Assembly (NCBI GenBank): GCA_965205025.1 | Contig: CBDBFU010000001.1 | Location: forward strand, 17,315 to 81,314 | DNA from: Candidatus Poribacteria bacterium | GTDB taxonomy: Bacteria; Poribacteria; WGA-4E; WGA-3G | Direction of reading: 5' to 3' | DNA length: 64,000 nt | Part shown: positions 27,994-37,786 of the stretch, piece after piece | Layout of the letters: every line of letters starts with the position of its first letter | How positions within the stretch are numbered: position 1 is the stretch's first letter | Notes under the pieces: model-generated | What the model was told of the DNA's origin: nothing | The model's database searches: none | The model's input: only the letters and a program-made list of their open reading frames with translations | Made by a program: the position numbers and the translations under genes

Positions 27994-29059
27994 GCAAAAG
28001 AAATCCTCCAAAAAACTAAAAACCCTAGTGTCAGGAGTCCGCCCGATTTCTATTGAATGGGAATCAAGTGAAAAACAATCTATAATACAATTCTCTGATG
28101 GTGGACGGGCGTCGGGTTCTTGCATCCACTGCATCAATCCACCATGTTTAGAATACACTGAGGGTGAATTTGAGCTGGAAACATTTAAGGAATTTCCTTC
28201 CGATAAAAATCCAGAAGTATGTCCAACCAAAGCAATAAGTTGGCCTCAGGCGAGTAATTCCCCGACAATAGACAGTGAAGCGTGTATTTCCTGCGGGATA
28301 TGTGTCAATCGATGTCCTGTCGCGGCAATTTACCTTGACCCAGATGAGACTACAGCAGTAATTAATGACCTGCCAAACGAGTACTTTATTTCTCAAGCTC
28401 AAGAAGTTTCTGAAACAGAGCAAAAAACTTTACTTGAAATGTTTTCTGCCATTCCTGTAGTTGGAAGCCTGATTTTAGAAAGTGAGGATCTACTCCAGCG
28501 TTTCTTTGATAAATTTAAGTCAATTACAGTTGATCAAAAACAAAGTGCTCAATTCCCTAATCATCTAGTGCGTAATTTACTGTTGGAGGTAGGTGTGAGT
28601 ACGCTTATGCGTAGAAGAGGGGATACGAACATCAGAATGGATATCGTTTTTGAGTGCAGTGGGAAAAAAATAGGAACCTGTGAAGTTGAGTTAGGAAGTG
28701 CAGTTCTAGATGCTCCTAGAAATTTACTGGACAACATAGCAGTATTAGCTTCAAGATACAATCTTAACAAAAATGACATAATGCCATTAGTCGTGACGCT
28801 TTCATTGCCAAACCAACGTTCGGAGTATTGGCAGGTCATAAAGGATATTAGACAAGTGTTAAACCTACAAATCAATTCTCTCACCATTGGAATGTTAGTT
28901 CTGTTAGTTTGGAATAGGATTAAAATATCACTTGATTCTCAGGAAGTTCTTTATGCTGATTCAGACCTATACACTTTAAGAAATAAATTTGAGCAGATGC
29001 TTGATAGAAAATTAAATATCACAGAAGGTTATCCTGGGTTCATAAAAAGTCAAAAGTAG
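27965..29059 (+). CDS. 4Fe-4S dicluster ferredoxin fused to a nuclease-like domain
   Basis: CIHCINPPC...CPTKAI and CISCGICVNRCPVAAI; C-terminal RMDIV...CEVE and LPNQRSE. Likely start is ATG 27965 after a GGAG RBS. Confidence 0.8.
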   Translation: MALSNYQVLKQKKSSKKLKTLVSGVRPISIEWESSEKQSIIQFSDGGRASGSCIHCINPPCLEYTEGEFELETFKEFPSDKNPEVCPTKAISWPQASNSPTIDSEACISCGICVNRCPVAAIYLDPDETTAVINDLPNEYFISQAQEVSETEQKTLLEMFSAIPVVGSLILESEDLLQRFFDKFKSITVDQKQSAQFPNHLVRNLLLEVGVSTLMRRRGDTNIRMDIVFECSGKKIGTCEVELGSAVLDAPRNLLDNIAVLASRYNLNKNDIMPLVVTLSLPNQRSEYWQVIKDIRQVLNLQINSLTIGMLVLLVWNRIKISLDSQEVLYADSDLYTLRNKFEQMLDRKLNITEGYPGFIKSQK

Positions 29060-29819
29060 GATCTATTTGACTTTTCCATTCATGGATCCTTTTGTCGGCA
29101 ATTGCAATATACTCAGGATTAAGTTCAAAGCCTAAATAATGTCGATTTTCCATTAGAGCTGCTAAACATTCAGTTCCACTACCAACAAAAGGTACTAATA
29201 CCAAATTTTCTTTCATTGAAAAATGCTTGATTATCCGTCTTGATATTGACAACGGTTTTTGAGTTGGATGATTCACTTTCTCCTCAGCAAACCGTCGTCC
29301 TGAAAGAGTAGGAAATTTCCATACGTCACCGGCTAACCTTCCTTCTGGATGAGGAGTCCATACTTTACCATTCTTAATTATCTTATGTTTTATACGCTCT
29401 TTACTTTTATAAGGTTCTCGAATTGGTATATATACAAAGTTCTCGCTTTTTGTCATCCATAGTAAAGGTTCATAGTGAGCAGCTGGTTTCTTTTTATATC
29501 TTGAAAAGCCATTTTCATAATTCCAGATAAATAATCGACCATACTTCATTCCCATATCCATTAAGTCAACCTGCAGGTAACAGATGTAGTCATGGATACC
29601 ATAGAGAAATAAGGAACCGTTGTCTGTCAAAATCCTATGACATTCGGACAACCATTGTTGACACCATTCACGCCATACCGTTATATTTTTAAAATTTTGG
29701 TTTATTCCAAAATCTTTTCCTATGTTATAAGGTGGATCCACTATAACCAATTCAGAAGATCTATCCGGTAAATCTTTCAGTAGTTGAACTGAATCCCCTT
29801 GAATAATTGTATTTTTCAT
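29040..29819 (-). CDS. DNA amino-methyltransferase, beta class (N4C/N6A)
   Basis: DPPY motif IV before HPTQKP and PFVGSGT motif I. Likely start is ATG 29819 (MKNTIIQGDS), 1 nt after the upstream stop. Confidence 0.92.
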   Translation of the reverse strand: MKNTIIQGDSVQLLKDLPDRSSELVIVDPPYNIGKDFGINQNFKNITVWREWCQQWLSECHRILTDNGSLFLYGIHDYICYLQVDLMDMGMKYGRLFIWNYENGFSRYKKKPAAHYEPLLWMTKSENFVYIPIREPYKSKERIKHKIIKNGKVWTPHPEGRLAGDVWKFPTLSGRRFAEEKVNHPTQKPLSISRRIIKHFSMKENLVLVPFVGSGTECLAALMENRHYLGFELNPEYIAIADKRIHEWKSQIDPTFDFL

Positions 29820-29820
29820 A

Positions 29821-30864
29821 TTACTGATGGAATATTTGGAAGAGAAGAATATACTGGTGATGGATATTTGGGATATAGCAAAATGGGTACCCGTATGGAT
29901 ATAGTTTCTTGTGTGTTTGTTCGAGCATTGAAATTCCAACTAACTTGATTGTATCATTACATAAGTTTTGGTATAAATCAGAATGGAATGGGTAAAATCT
30001 TGAACCGTGCCGAAAGTCGCTAACAATAATAGCCATATACCGTTTATTTTCAATTTTAATGGTTACTTTACGGAATATATTTGTTAGTTCTTGTAAAAAT
30101 GTTTCGTACTTTTCAATATTTCCGAAATCATGCTGACTGTCTGAATATTGGGTAGCTAAATTTTTTTTCAATCTTGATTCTTTGACTTTGTGATCACCAT
30201 TTTTTGTTAATATATTCCAGTATGGAGGACTTGTTACCATAAACTGGAATTGTTCGTCTTTAAAATGTGAGAGGGCATTCCGGATATCTTCACAGATGAC
30301 CTTTTGACTGTGTTGAAGTCCGACTTCAACAGTGAGTCGTTCTTCTGAAAGTTCTGCCCACGTTGAACTTAATTCAACACCAATCCCTTTCCGATCTAAA
30401 AACGCACATGCCTTCAATGTAGATCCGATTCCACAAAAAGGATCGAGAACTTGATCTTTACTTTTTGTGAAGAAACGAATTAATCTGCCAACATCTTGAT
30501 AAGAAAAAGGCGCCGGATGAAGTTGTTCGTAATAGGTGTGGGGATGTCCTTTTCCCAATCCTTTTTGTCTCCAGTTCGATTTTGTTTCTTGAATCCAAAC
30601 TCGACCTGGTAAATCATTAAGTTTATTGCGTTCAGAATACTTATCATCCGGACGGTTTTCAATATTCAATACACATTTTGCTTCATGTCGACATGCTTCG
30701 CTCATTGCTAAGACAATCTTGGATTCTGGAATACCAAATTCTCTCACTGCTCTAAGATTTGTTATTGATGAGTCTTGATCAAACATTTCAAGTTGATTGG
30801 CTTTAATTTCGCCTGTTACATTAGTTGAAATTTGGTTTTCAGCCAATGCAGATGGTATTGTCAT
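29821..30864 (-). CDS. DNA amino-methyltransferase, alpha class (probably N4C)
   Basis: HPAPF, then VLDPFCGIGST motif I before TSPPYW motif IV. Confidence 0.92.
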   Translation of the reverse strand: MTIPSALAENQISTNVTGEIKANQLEMFDQDSSITNLRAVREFGIPESKIVLAMSEACRHEAKCVLNIENRPDDKYSERNKLNDLPGRVWIQETKSNWRQKGLGKGHPHTYYEQLHPAPFSYQDVGRLIRFFTKSKDQVLDPFCGIGSTLKACAFLDRKGIGVELSSTWAELSEERLTVEVGLQHSQKVICEDIRNALSHFKDEQFQFMVTSPPYWNILTKNGDHKVKESRLKKNLATQYSDSQHDFGNIEKYETFLQELTNIFRKVTIKIENKRYMAIIVSDFRHGSRFYPFHSDLYQNLCNDTIKLVGISMLEQTHKKLYPYGYPFCYIPNIHHQYILLFQIFHQ

Positions 30865-30888
30865 GATTGTCCCTCATTGTTTGCTAAT

Positions 30889-30916
30889 TATATTAATATG
30901 CTTATATTAATATGCT
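30889..30916. repeat. 14-bp tandem duplication of a palindromic motif upstream of the MTase operon
   Basis: TATATTAATATGCT x2, each containing ATATTAATAT. Confidence 0.6.
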
Positions 30917-31165
30917 CGGATTGCTAATGGACTTTTACCTTCATAAATTGCCAACATCCATTTTGCTGTATACTGTTCAGTCTACAAATTAAAACAGTGC
31001 CTATCTATACTTTTATGATATCAGATCTTTGATTGTAAACTTTGTGCCAAGAACAATATTTCTTCAATGTTGTCTACAGTCTAATAGGTGGGTATTGGGA
31101 GCAACTTATTAATGAATTCTGAGTTTGAATTTGTTAAGTTATTCCATGTATAGTATAGGTTTAAA

Positions 31166-32038
31166 TCAACGCGTAAGGGCATACGCTACGACATTCATGC
31201 CTTGTTCAAATGCCCAAATCCGCTGCTCATCACCGCCGGGACTACACTGTCTACCTTCCCATGCACAATTCAGATCGCTGGGACAGAAGTAGACAATCAC
31301 TTTATCATCATCCATGATCGCTTCATCATAATCGGCTATACCTCGAATGAGTTTATCACCACCGAGATATTCATTATGTTCATAGAGTGTATGATAAATC
31401 TTATGGCTTAGATCCAACCGTTCAAACTTCTTTTCAGGAAAAACGCGACGCATCATTTCATAGACATGTAGACGCAATCCGCCTCTACCACCATTCAAAC
31501 GTGCATCACAATCCTCAACATGGAGGAAACCACCACGTTCGAAATATTCACGAAGTTTCTTAACTTGGTCATTTGATAATTGAATCCCTCGGTGTCCCGT
31601 CATAAAAAGGAACGGATAGTTAAATAACCAAGAGTCGTCTATATCAACATAGAATGGATTCCTGCGAACATCAACATCAATAGACGTTGACTCAGCCAGG
31701 ATCTGTGTAAATTTTAGATCGGAAGGCCAACGATAGTAATTTACGATATTGGTGTACCAGTCACCTCCAGGATATTTAAGACGTACGAAAGCGAATTTTT
31801 CTCCTGTTGGATCCATACCTGGGTGATGATGGTCTATGATTCCGTAGTCTGTACCGTAGTGTTGATCTCGCTTAGCATCGTAAGGAATATATTCACGAAA
31901 ACCCCATTGTGCATCAGCTGCGTGGAGTAGTGAACCGCCAGCAATCGCGGAAGCTGCAATGCCTACAGTGTTCTTAATAAACGAACGACGAGAGAGATGG
32001 TGATCGGTTTTTACTATATGTTTCTTTTCTTTTGACAT
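31166..32038 (-). CDS. DUF4159-domain protein with Tat signal peptide
   Basis: SRRSFIK twin-arginine motif; FVRLKY.GGDW, YPFLFMTGH, LREYFERGGFL, DLNCAWE, GMNVVAYALT. Confidence 0.85.
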   Translation of the reverse strand: MSKEKKHIVKTDHHLSRRSFIKNTVGIAASAIAGGSLLHAADAQWGFREYIPYDAKRDQHYGTDYGIIDHHHPGMDPTGEKFAFVRLKYPGGDWYTNIVNYYRWPSDLKFTQILAESTSIDVDVRRNPFYVDIDDSWLFNYPFLFMTGHRGIQLSNDQVKKLREYFERGGFLHVEDCDARLNGGRGGLRLHVYEMMRRVFPEKKFERLDLSHKIYHTLYEHNEYLGGDKLIRGIADYDEAIMDDDKVIVYFCPSDLNCAWEGRQCSPGGDEQRIWAFEQGMNVVAYALTR

Positions 32039-32229
32039 CCCTTATCCTCCAAGATCCGGTTTAATTCTCGTCTTGAAAAGTCTCTAATTATTCCCTAATG
32101 TTATATAATACTATCAGATGATTTCTTCAGAATTCTCTTCTTACAGACGTTCACTATTTCTGTTATTTTTTACATTTTAACATATTCATAAACATATATC
32201 AATATAATCTTGATTAACTCCGAACTCGT

Positions 32230-33798
32230 CTATTGTGCTTTCTTTTTTGATGCATCCTTGTCGCGTGGAAATATTAGAATAGCATCAGAGATGGAACGAC
32301 CGTAATCTCTTGGGATTGGTCTAATCCGAAGATTACCACGGCCATACTTTCTTTGTTCAACGACCTCGTTTTTGGCTGGCTCCTTGCCTTCTACAGTACG
32401 TTTTCTCTTGGTTGATTCTTCTTGTGATTTTTCTTCAGCAGTCTGCTTTTTTGTAGTAGATGATTGTCTCTCAGCAATATCTTTTCTTAGTTTATCTGTG
32501 TTATCTGATTCTGATGAATCTTTCTTTTGTTTATCGTCTGTTTGTTTTTCGTTTTTCGTGAGTTCAGGTTTCTTCTCGTCACGTTTCGATTTATCTTTAG
32601 AGGATGACTTCGCCTCTTTAGGTTTCAGTTTTATACTCACAACCCTATTCCGAATTACCATCATAGATGAAGATCCCCCATCCAGATTAATCGCATCCGT
32701 AGCTTCCCACTCCTGAAACAGTTTACCAAGCTTGGGTAATGTCACACCCCGACGAACACCCGGTGCAGCGCCTGTAATCGTTACAAACAGAAGTGTTCCA
32801 TCTGCTTTTTTACCTATTGCGGTACGGGGATGCGGGAAACCGTAAAATGAACCCTGAAACCCTTCACGTTTGTAGGCGTCTTTAGTAGAAATTACACCAT
32901 TTCGCAATAGCAACGGTCCACCCCCAATTACATGTGATAGACCTTCCCATAATTTACTTTCGCCGACTACTTCCGGGATTACCGTTTCACGAATTTTTAC
33001 GGTGTCCCCCAGTTTAAGTTGGGATAGCAACATTTCACGTTTCTTGCCGTGTGCTGAAAGAACATACCCATTCGTCGGAATACGGGAACTCCCCTGACCA
33101 TCACGAATATCTATTATTTTGTTGTTTTGGATGACTACTTCAATACCATCAGGATTTGTCAAGGTAATTGCATGGAAATCGGGTCGATAAAGGATTAATT
33201 CATTGCTCAAACGACCACGATTTATACCATTAATTTCAGCTGCGGATTCATCCTTGAAAACCAATTCGTGACGAAGAATTACTCTGTCTATATATGATTC
33301 TATTTTATTATCAACGGTTTTGAATCCAAATACCCCTCTTCCCTGTTCAGGTTCACTTATCCATTCCCCATCAATTTTCAATGCCCCAACAGATTCCCCA
33401 CGAAATTGACCAGCCATTTCGAAGAAGCTACCATTTAGAGCAATAGGTGCTTTATGTCTCGACGCAAATGAACGTAGATATTCTGTACCAATCCCCGCAC
33501 TTAATGCACGATATAGTCCAACGTTTGCAGCATCTGGTGATATAGCAAGGATGTTTGTTAGAACACCGTCGTCTAATATCTGCCGATGTATAATACCCGG
33601 AAAGATCTGCTTCGTCTCATCAGTTTTTATAGGATCGGTATAGGACTTGAAATAATTGGGTATTTTCTCAAACCGCACCTCTCTCCCTACCCATATACCG
33701 ATACCGAACCAACACAACAAACCAATTATCGTGAATGTACGTGGGTAGCGTTTGATAAACCCTATGAATCGTCTTATCAAGTAAACAATATCAAACAT
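32230..33798 (-). CDS. Phosphodiester glycosidase (NAGPA-like) family protein
   Basis: ALNGSFF, GGGPLL, HPRTAIG, AINLDGGSS; N-terminal TM; Lys/Glu-rich insert near the C-terminus. Confidence 0.88.
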   Translation of the reverse strand: MFDIVYLIRRFIGFIKRYPRTFTIIGLLCWFGIGIWVGREVRFEKIPNYFKSYTDPIKTDETKQIFPGIIHRQILDDGVLTNILAISPDAANVGLYRALSAGIGTEYLRSFASRHKAPIALNGSFFEMAGQFRGESVGALKIDGEWISEPEQGRGVFGFKTVDNKIESYIDRVILRHELVFKDESAAEINGINRGRLSNELILYRPDFHAITLTNPDGIEVVIQNNKIIDIRDGQGSSRIPTNGYVLSAHGKKREMLLSQLKLGDTVKIRETVIPEVVGESKLWEGLSHVIGGGPLLLRNGVISTKDAYKREGFQGSFYGFPHPRTAIGKKADGTLLFVTITGAAPGVRRGVTLPKLGKLFQEWEATDAINLDGGSSSMMVIRNRVVSIKLKPKEAKSSSKDKSKRDEKKPELTKNEKQTDDKQKKDSSESDNTDKLRKDIAERQSSTTKKQTAEEKSQEESTKRKRTVEGKEPAKNEVVEQRKYGRGNLRIRPIPRDYGRSISDAILIFPRDKDASKKKAQ

Positions 33799-33915
33799 TT
33801 TTCTATTTAATGAATACTTACGTTTCTATTTTTAGTAATGAACATGTCTACTTTTTACAAATGAAACTCTTCTGTAAGAACGAATTCAACTTTCGCCACA
33901 ATTCAACATTCCATA

Positions 33916-35316
33916 CTACGATCCCAATGCATTCATTCGACTTTCCCATTCATCGCATGTCGCATGCGTACCTCGTACTGCTGCACCAATATAATTAGTT
34001 GGCGCACGGAGTGCTTCACGTTGTGGTTCCGTCAACTTATCCAAGAACGGTTTAAATGTTTCATCTTCCCATAGTAAGGTTGTCAAGCTTTTTCCAGTCT
34101 CATGTACTTGTGCAATTAACTTTCGTGTATGGTCATAGGCATCTGGAAATCCGTAATATGCCATCAATAGGTAAATGGGTTCAGCAATCGTATCCTCTGC
34201 ACTCATATCAAGGTTGCGTTGCATGTTTTCTGCCTTAACATCCATCTCATCTAAGGCACGACGAAGTCGATAAATTGAATAATCAAAAGCAGTAACCAAC
34301 TCTGTTAAAAATCTGCTTGAAGCACTATTCGTTAGATCTCGTTGGTGTTCCAAAATACTATCCAAAAATACTGTTTGCATTCGAGGTACAAAAGCTTTCC
34401 ATAAACTTTTAATATTCTCATACGCCTCTGGATTTACTTTGTGCGGCATTGTTGATGAACCTACCAGTTGAGGATTATACTTCCTACCGACTTCAGCAAT
34501 TTCTGTGCGATACAGATGTCGCATATCATCTGCAAAATTCGCAAGTACGGTATATGCGGCTGTAATCTGATATGCCAAATCAGAAATAAATTCCGGTTCC
34601 ACACACTGTGTGGATGTATGTGTATCTGAAGGTTTCAGGTCAAGTAGCTTTAAGAAATCCGCCTCGATCTGTTCTGGCTTATCATGGATTAGTGCCAGTC
34701 CGTTAAATGCCCCTACTGCTCCTGAGAATTGTCCGCGTAGATTTTCTCCAGCCTCATGTATTTTCTCAATTCGAGTGCCAAGACGGCTGATATAGAGTGC
34801 CAATGCATACCCGAATGTTGTAGGCTCAGCGTGTTGTCCATGTGTTCTTCCAATCTGAGGTGTTTCAGCATGTTCACGAGCCAATTCAATTAGTTGCTTT
34901 TCCAATGCAATCAGGTCAGGAACGATAACGTCAGCAATCAAGGCTTTAAAACGCAAGGAAGTAGCAGTATCCAAGATATCTGCAGAAGTCGCAAATAGAT
35001 GTACGTAGGGACGCGCTTCCGGACTTATCTTACTCCGAATGACATTCACAAGGGATCGGATATTGTGCCGGATACGTCTCTGTTCTTCATATACATCCTC
35101 TGCTGTGACCAGATCGACAGCTTGTTCAACTTCATCGGCAATTGCATCTGAACAGACACCGTATTTGGCGAGGGTACGCACCAACGCTGCCTCCACCTTC
35201 GCCTGATAAGTCACATATCCTGCCTCAGAAACATAGGGCAGAAGCCGTTTCATAAAAGCATCATCACCGCCATAATATCTAAAATCCAACGGACTAACGG
35301 CTTCATAAAGCTCCAT
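33916..35316 (-). CDS. purB: Adenylosuccinate lyase
   Basis: SPLDFRY, GRTHGQHA, SGAVG, GSSTMPHKVNP, HQRDLTNS. Confidence 0.9.
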   Translation of the reverse strand: MELYEAVSPLDFRYYGGDDAFMKRLLPYVSEAGYVTYQAKVEAALVRTLAKYGVCSDAIADEVEQAVDLVTAEDVYEEQRRIRHNIRSLVNVIRSKISPEARPYVHLFATSADILDTATSLRFKALIADVIVPDLIALEKQLIELAREHAETPQIGRTHGQHAEPTTFGYALALYISRLGTRIEKIHEAGENLRGQFSGAVGAFNGLALIHDKPEQIEADFLKLLDLKPSDTHTSTQCVEPEFISDLAYQITAAYTVLANFADDMRHLYRTEIAEVGRKYNPQLVGSSTMPHKVNPEAYENIKSLWKAFVPRMQTVFLDSILEHQRDLTNSASSRFLTELVTAFDYSIYRLRRALDEMDVKAENMQRNLDMSAEDTIAEPIYLLMAYYGFPDAYDHTRKLIAQVHETGKSLTTLLWEDETFKPFLDKLTEPQREALRAPTNYIGAAVRGTHATCDEWESRMNALGS

Positions 35317-35508
35317 AGTACACTTTTCTCCATTTCGGTCAGGTAAATAAGGTATACGTACTACCTAAGCACGCATTAACGGTATTTCTAAAGAACGTAG
35401 AAACTTTTCTAATTATACGTTAAAACTAAGGGTGTGTAAACACATTTATGGTTATTCGTTTTTAGTTTATGGTTGCTGAGTTCCATTTAAGGATACCTTG
35501 TTTAAGAA

Positions 35509-35628
35509 TGAATGATATTGAATTCTCCAATTTTATTTTCATTATGATAAATATTCCAAATTTATTTTTGTTTTTGTGATATATGTATATTAGTTGTTAG
35601 AAATGAAGTTATTCTTCATTTTATTTTG
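35509..35628. repeat. AT-rich ~120-bp dispersed repeat, copy 1
   Basis: Shares TTTTTGTGATATATGTAT.TTAGTTGTTAGA...TTCTTCA.TTTATTTT with 44391..44512. Confidence 0.7.
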
Positions 35629-35907
35629 AGTTTTAAAGAAAGAAATGAGTGAAATTAGATATGGATAGGGTTTACACTAAGAATAGGTGTTTACAATTAA
35701 TGCTAACAACTTTCCACTCCGCTAAACGCATGAAGTTTGAATAAGTAGCATATATATGATATACTTGTTTCAAGTTATGTGGATGGAGAATAGCGATGCA
35801 GCAACAGAAAGAGTTTCCATTCCTGTGATGGTGATGGGGTCCTAATTAATGAATGGTAATGTTCCATTTTAGAATAAACATCAGATGCGTTCCTATACAA
35901 ATATACA

Positions 35908-36699
35908 ATGGTAATAAGCATGGATATCTTAGACGATTTCAATTTCAAACAGAAAAAGTATATTCCCACCTTTCCAAAAGCCAGTGGAAATCCGACTGTT
36001 TATATTGAAGGCTACCCTTTTGAGGACGATGAACCTATGGCAGCAACTGGATTTCACGGGGAACAGATTAGCACGTTTTACCATCAATTTTCGACTTATT
36101 TTGATATTGATCCACATATTCATATTGGGATTGACAGTTTTATCTATTATCGTGAAGGGGACATCACTAAGTTTGTCGCACCAGATATTTTCGTTGTCTT
36201 TGGTGTAGCTAAGAATCCGTTACGTCGTAGTTTTTACACATGGGCGGAAGGAGCGGTCCCTACTGCTGTTTTTGAATTTCTATCCGATTCAACTGCACAC
36301 CATGACCGAGATGAAAAAGTGAGTATATATCTGAAGGATATAGGGGTTCAGGAATACTTCATCCATCAACCTGAAATGGATAAACCGTCAGAGTTTTGTG
36401 GGTGGGAGCGAAATTCTTCCGGTGATATCATGAAGATTGAGCAAGATGTTCATGGTGGTATATTTAGCAAGGCATTGAATCTTTGGTTACGATGGGAAGA
36501 ACAAGAAGATACCCATGTAAGACTTCTACGTCCATTTCTGCCGGATGGCACACCGATAACGACGCCTAAGGAAGATAAACACCTTCTGATACAGGCTGAA
36601 GCGAAGGCTGTAGAAGAAACAGAACGTCGACAAGAATTGGAAGCAGAAATAGAGAAGCTCCAAGCACAACTTGCCGAATCAAAAAACCTGACTAAATAA
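35908..36699 (+). CDS. Uma2/DUF820 family endonuclease-like protein
   Basis: APDIFVVFGV, VFEFLSDST..HD..EK..Y...GVQEYF, and a coiled-coil tail. Confidence 0.88.
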   Translation: MVISMDILDDFNFKQKKYIPTFPKASGNPTVYIEGYPFEDDEPMAATGFHGEQISTFYHQFSTYFDIDPHIHIGIDSFIYYREGDITKFVAPDIFVVFGVAKNPLRRSFYTWAEGAVPTAVFEFLSDSTAHHDRDEKVSIYLKDIGVQEYFIHQPEMDKPSEFCGWERNSSGDIMKIEQDVHGGIFSKALNLWLRWEEQEDTHVRLLRPFLPDGTPITTPKEDKHLLIQAEAKAVEETERRQELEAEIEKLQAQLAESKNLTK

Positions 36700-36916
36700 C
36701 TTCATTCCTCAGCACATTACAACCTATCCAACTTTACATAAAATTTCTATCATTTAAATCGGATAAACCTTGGTATCTGATTTCGTAGACGTATCAATTT
36801 TTCGATGAATTCTGATGTAGTGTTCCTAAACGTGCTGGTAATATAAATGCTTAAAAATATCACTCAATACAAGCGTCTTACGAAACGCAGGTATTGAGTG
36901 ATAGTAAATAAAAAGA

Positions 36917-37489
36917 TTATTCAGATAGGGTTATGACACCACAACTAACTTGTTTACCGTTTTCTAATAAATCGTCAGAGTCAATTTGCTCGTGAAGGAC
37001 TAATACTTTACCGTTTATATCGGCTATATCAATGTCAACGGTATAACTACGCTGTCCAGTTCCATCATCATTAGCTATAAAAGAATAGGCGGTGTACCCA
37101 TCATCATTCCAGATGGTTCCAGGCGTGCTACAACTGTTTCCTGTATAGATATATGCAGCATACTTACGTCCCGCTACAGCGTTCTGAATTTCAATATCAA
37201 AGTTCTTAATTGACGTTGATCCTGCTTCCGAATCTGAATTTACATACTCCTTAAAAGTTGCAGTGCCGGAGATCCAAGTTGCATCCTTCTCATTGAGGGT
37301 TACCGTAATTGTTCTTTTTACCTCAAGTATTGGATCGACAAATGCGTCAAGAAGTGCTGTTGTTGAGATATTGTCGCAACCTGTAATGCAACTTCCCGTG
37401 AGGATAAGAATAGTTAACATGCATAACGGTATGTTTTTTAACCGTAATATGTTCTGTATATCAATAATAGACAGTAATTTTTTGTACAT
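36917..37489 (-). CDS. Lipoprotein with a degenerate Cu/Zn superoxide-dismutase-like fold
   Basis: ITGC lipobox; SGTATF, GNSC, DINGKVLVLH, and GKQVSCGVI motifs; most metal-ligand His residues are absent. Confidence 0.55.
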   Translation of the reverse strand: MYKKLLSIIDIQNILRLKNIPLCMLTILILTGSCITGCDNISTTALLDAFVDPILEVKRTITVTLNEKDATWISGTATFKEYVNSDSEAGSTSIKNFDIEIQNAVAGRKYAAYIYTGNSCSTPGTIWNDDGYTAYSFIANDDGTGQRSYTVDIDIADINGKVLVLHEQIDSDDLLENGKQVSCGVITLSE

Positions 37490-37786
37490 TTTAATATGTT
37501 CCTTTCTTACGCCATAATTTGGCTTGTTTGGTTTAGTTTATTCTCCACTTAAGAGTTGTAGTGGATTTAATAAACGACATGCCTTAACGAGGATGCTTTG
37601 AGTTCAACTGAGTGTATCTATGGTATTACCATAGATTTCAATAGTTATAGGTGCGGAGGTTTTTAGTCTCTCCGCAGGACTCAAACTTAATTTCGTTTTA
37701 GCATTTTTATTTAGTGGATTCTTTCTCTACACGCGTCCACTTGTCGCGAGTCCTTGAATGTTTACGGTGAAGTAAACATATTTTAT

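Noticed and set aside
29820-29939. 40-aa N-terminal extension of the beta MTase in the ORF track
   Set aside because: It overlaps the upstream MTase; ATG 29819 gives a typical N-terminus and tight coupling.
24800-31150. Integrase or att sites bounding the AT-rich defence island
   Set aside because: No integrase gene or convincing flanking direct repeat was found by eye, so it is not called a mobile element.
35908-36699. Uma2 protein as part of the defence island
   Set aside because: It is separated from the island by housekeeping genes, and this family is commonly expanded as stand-alone copies.
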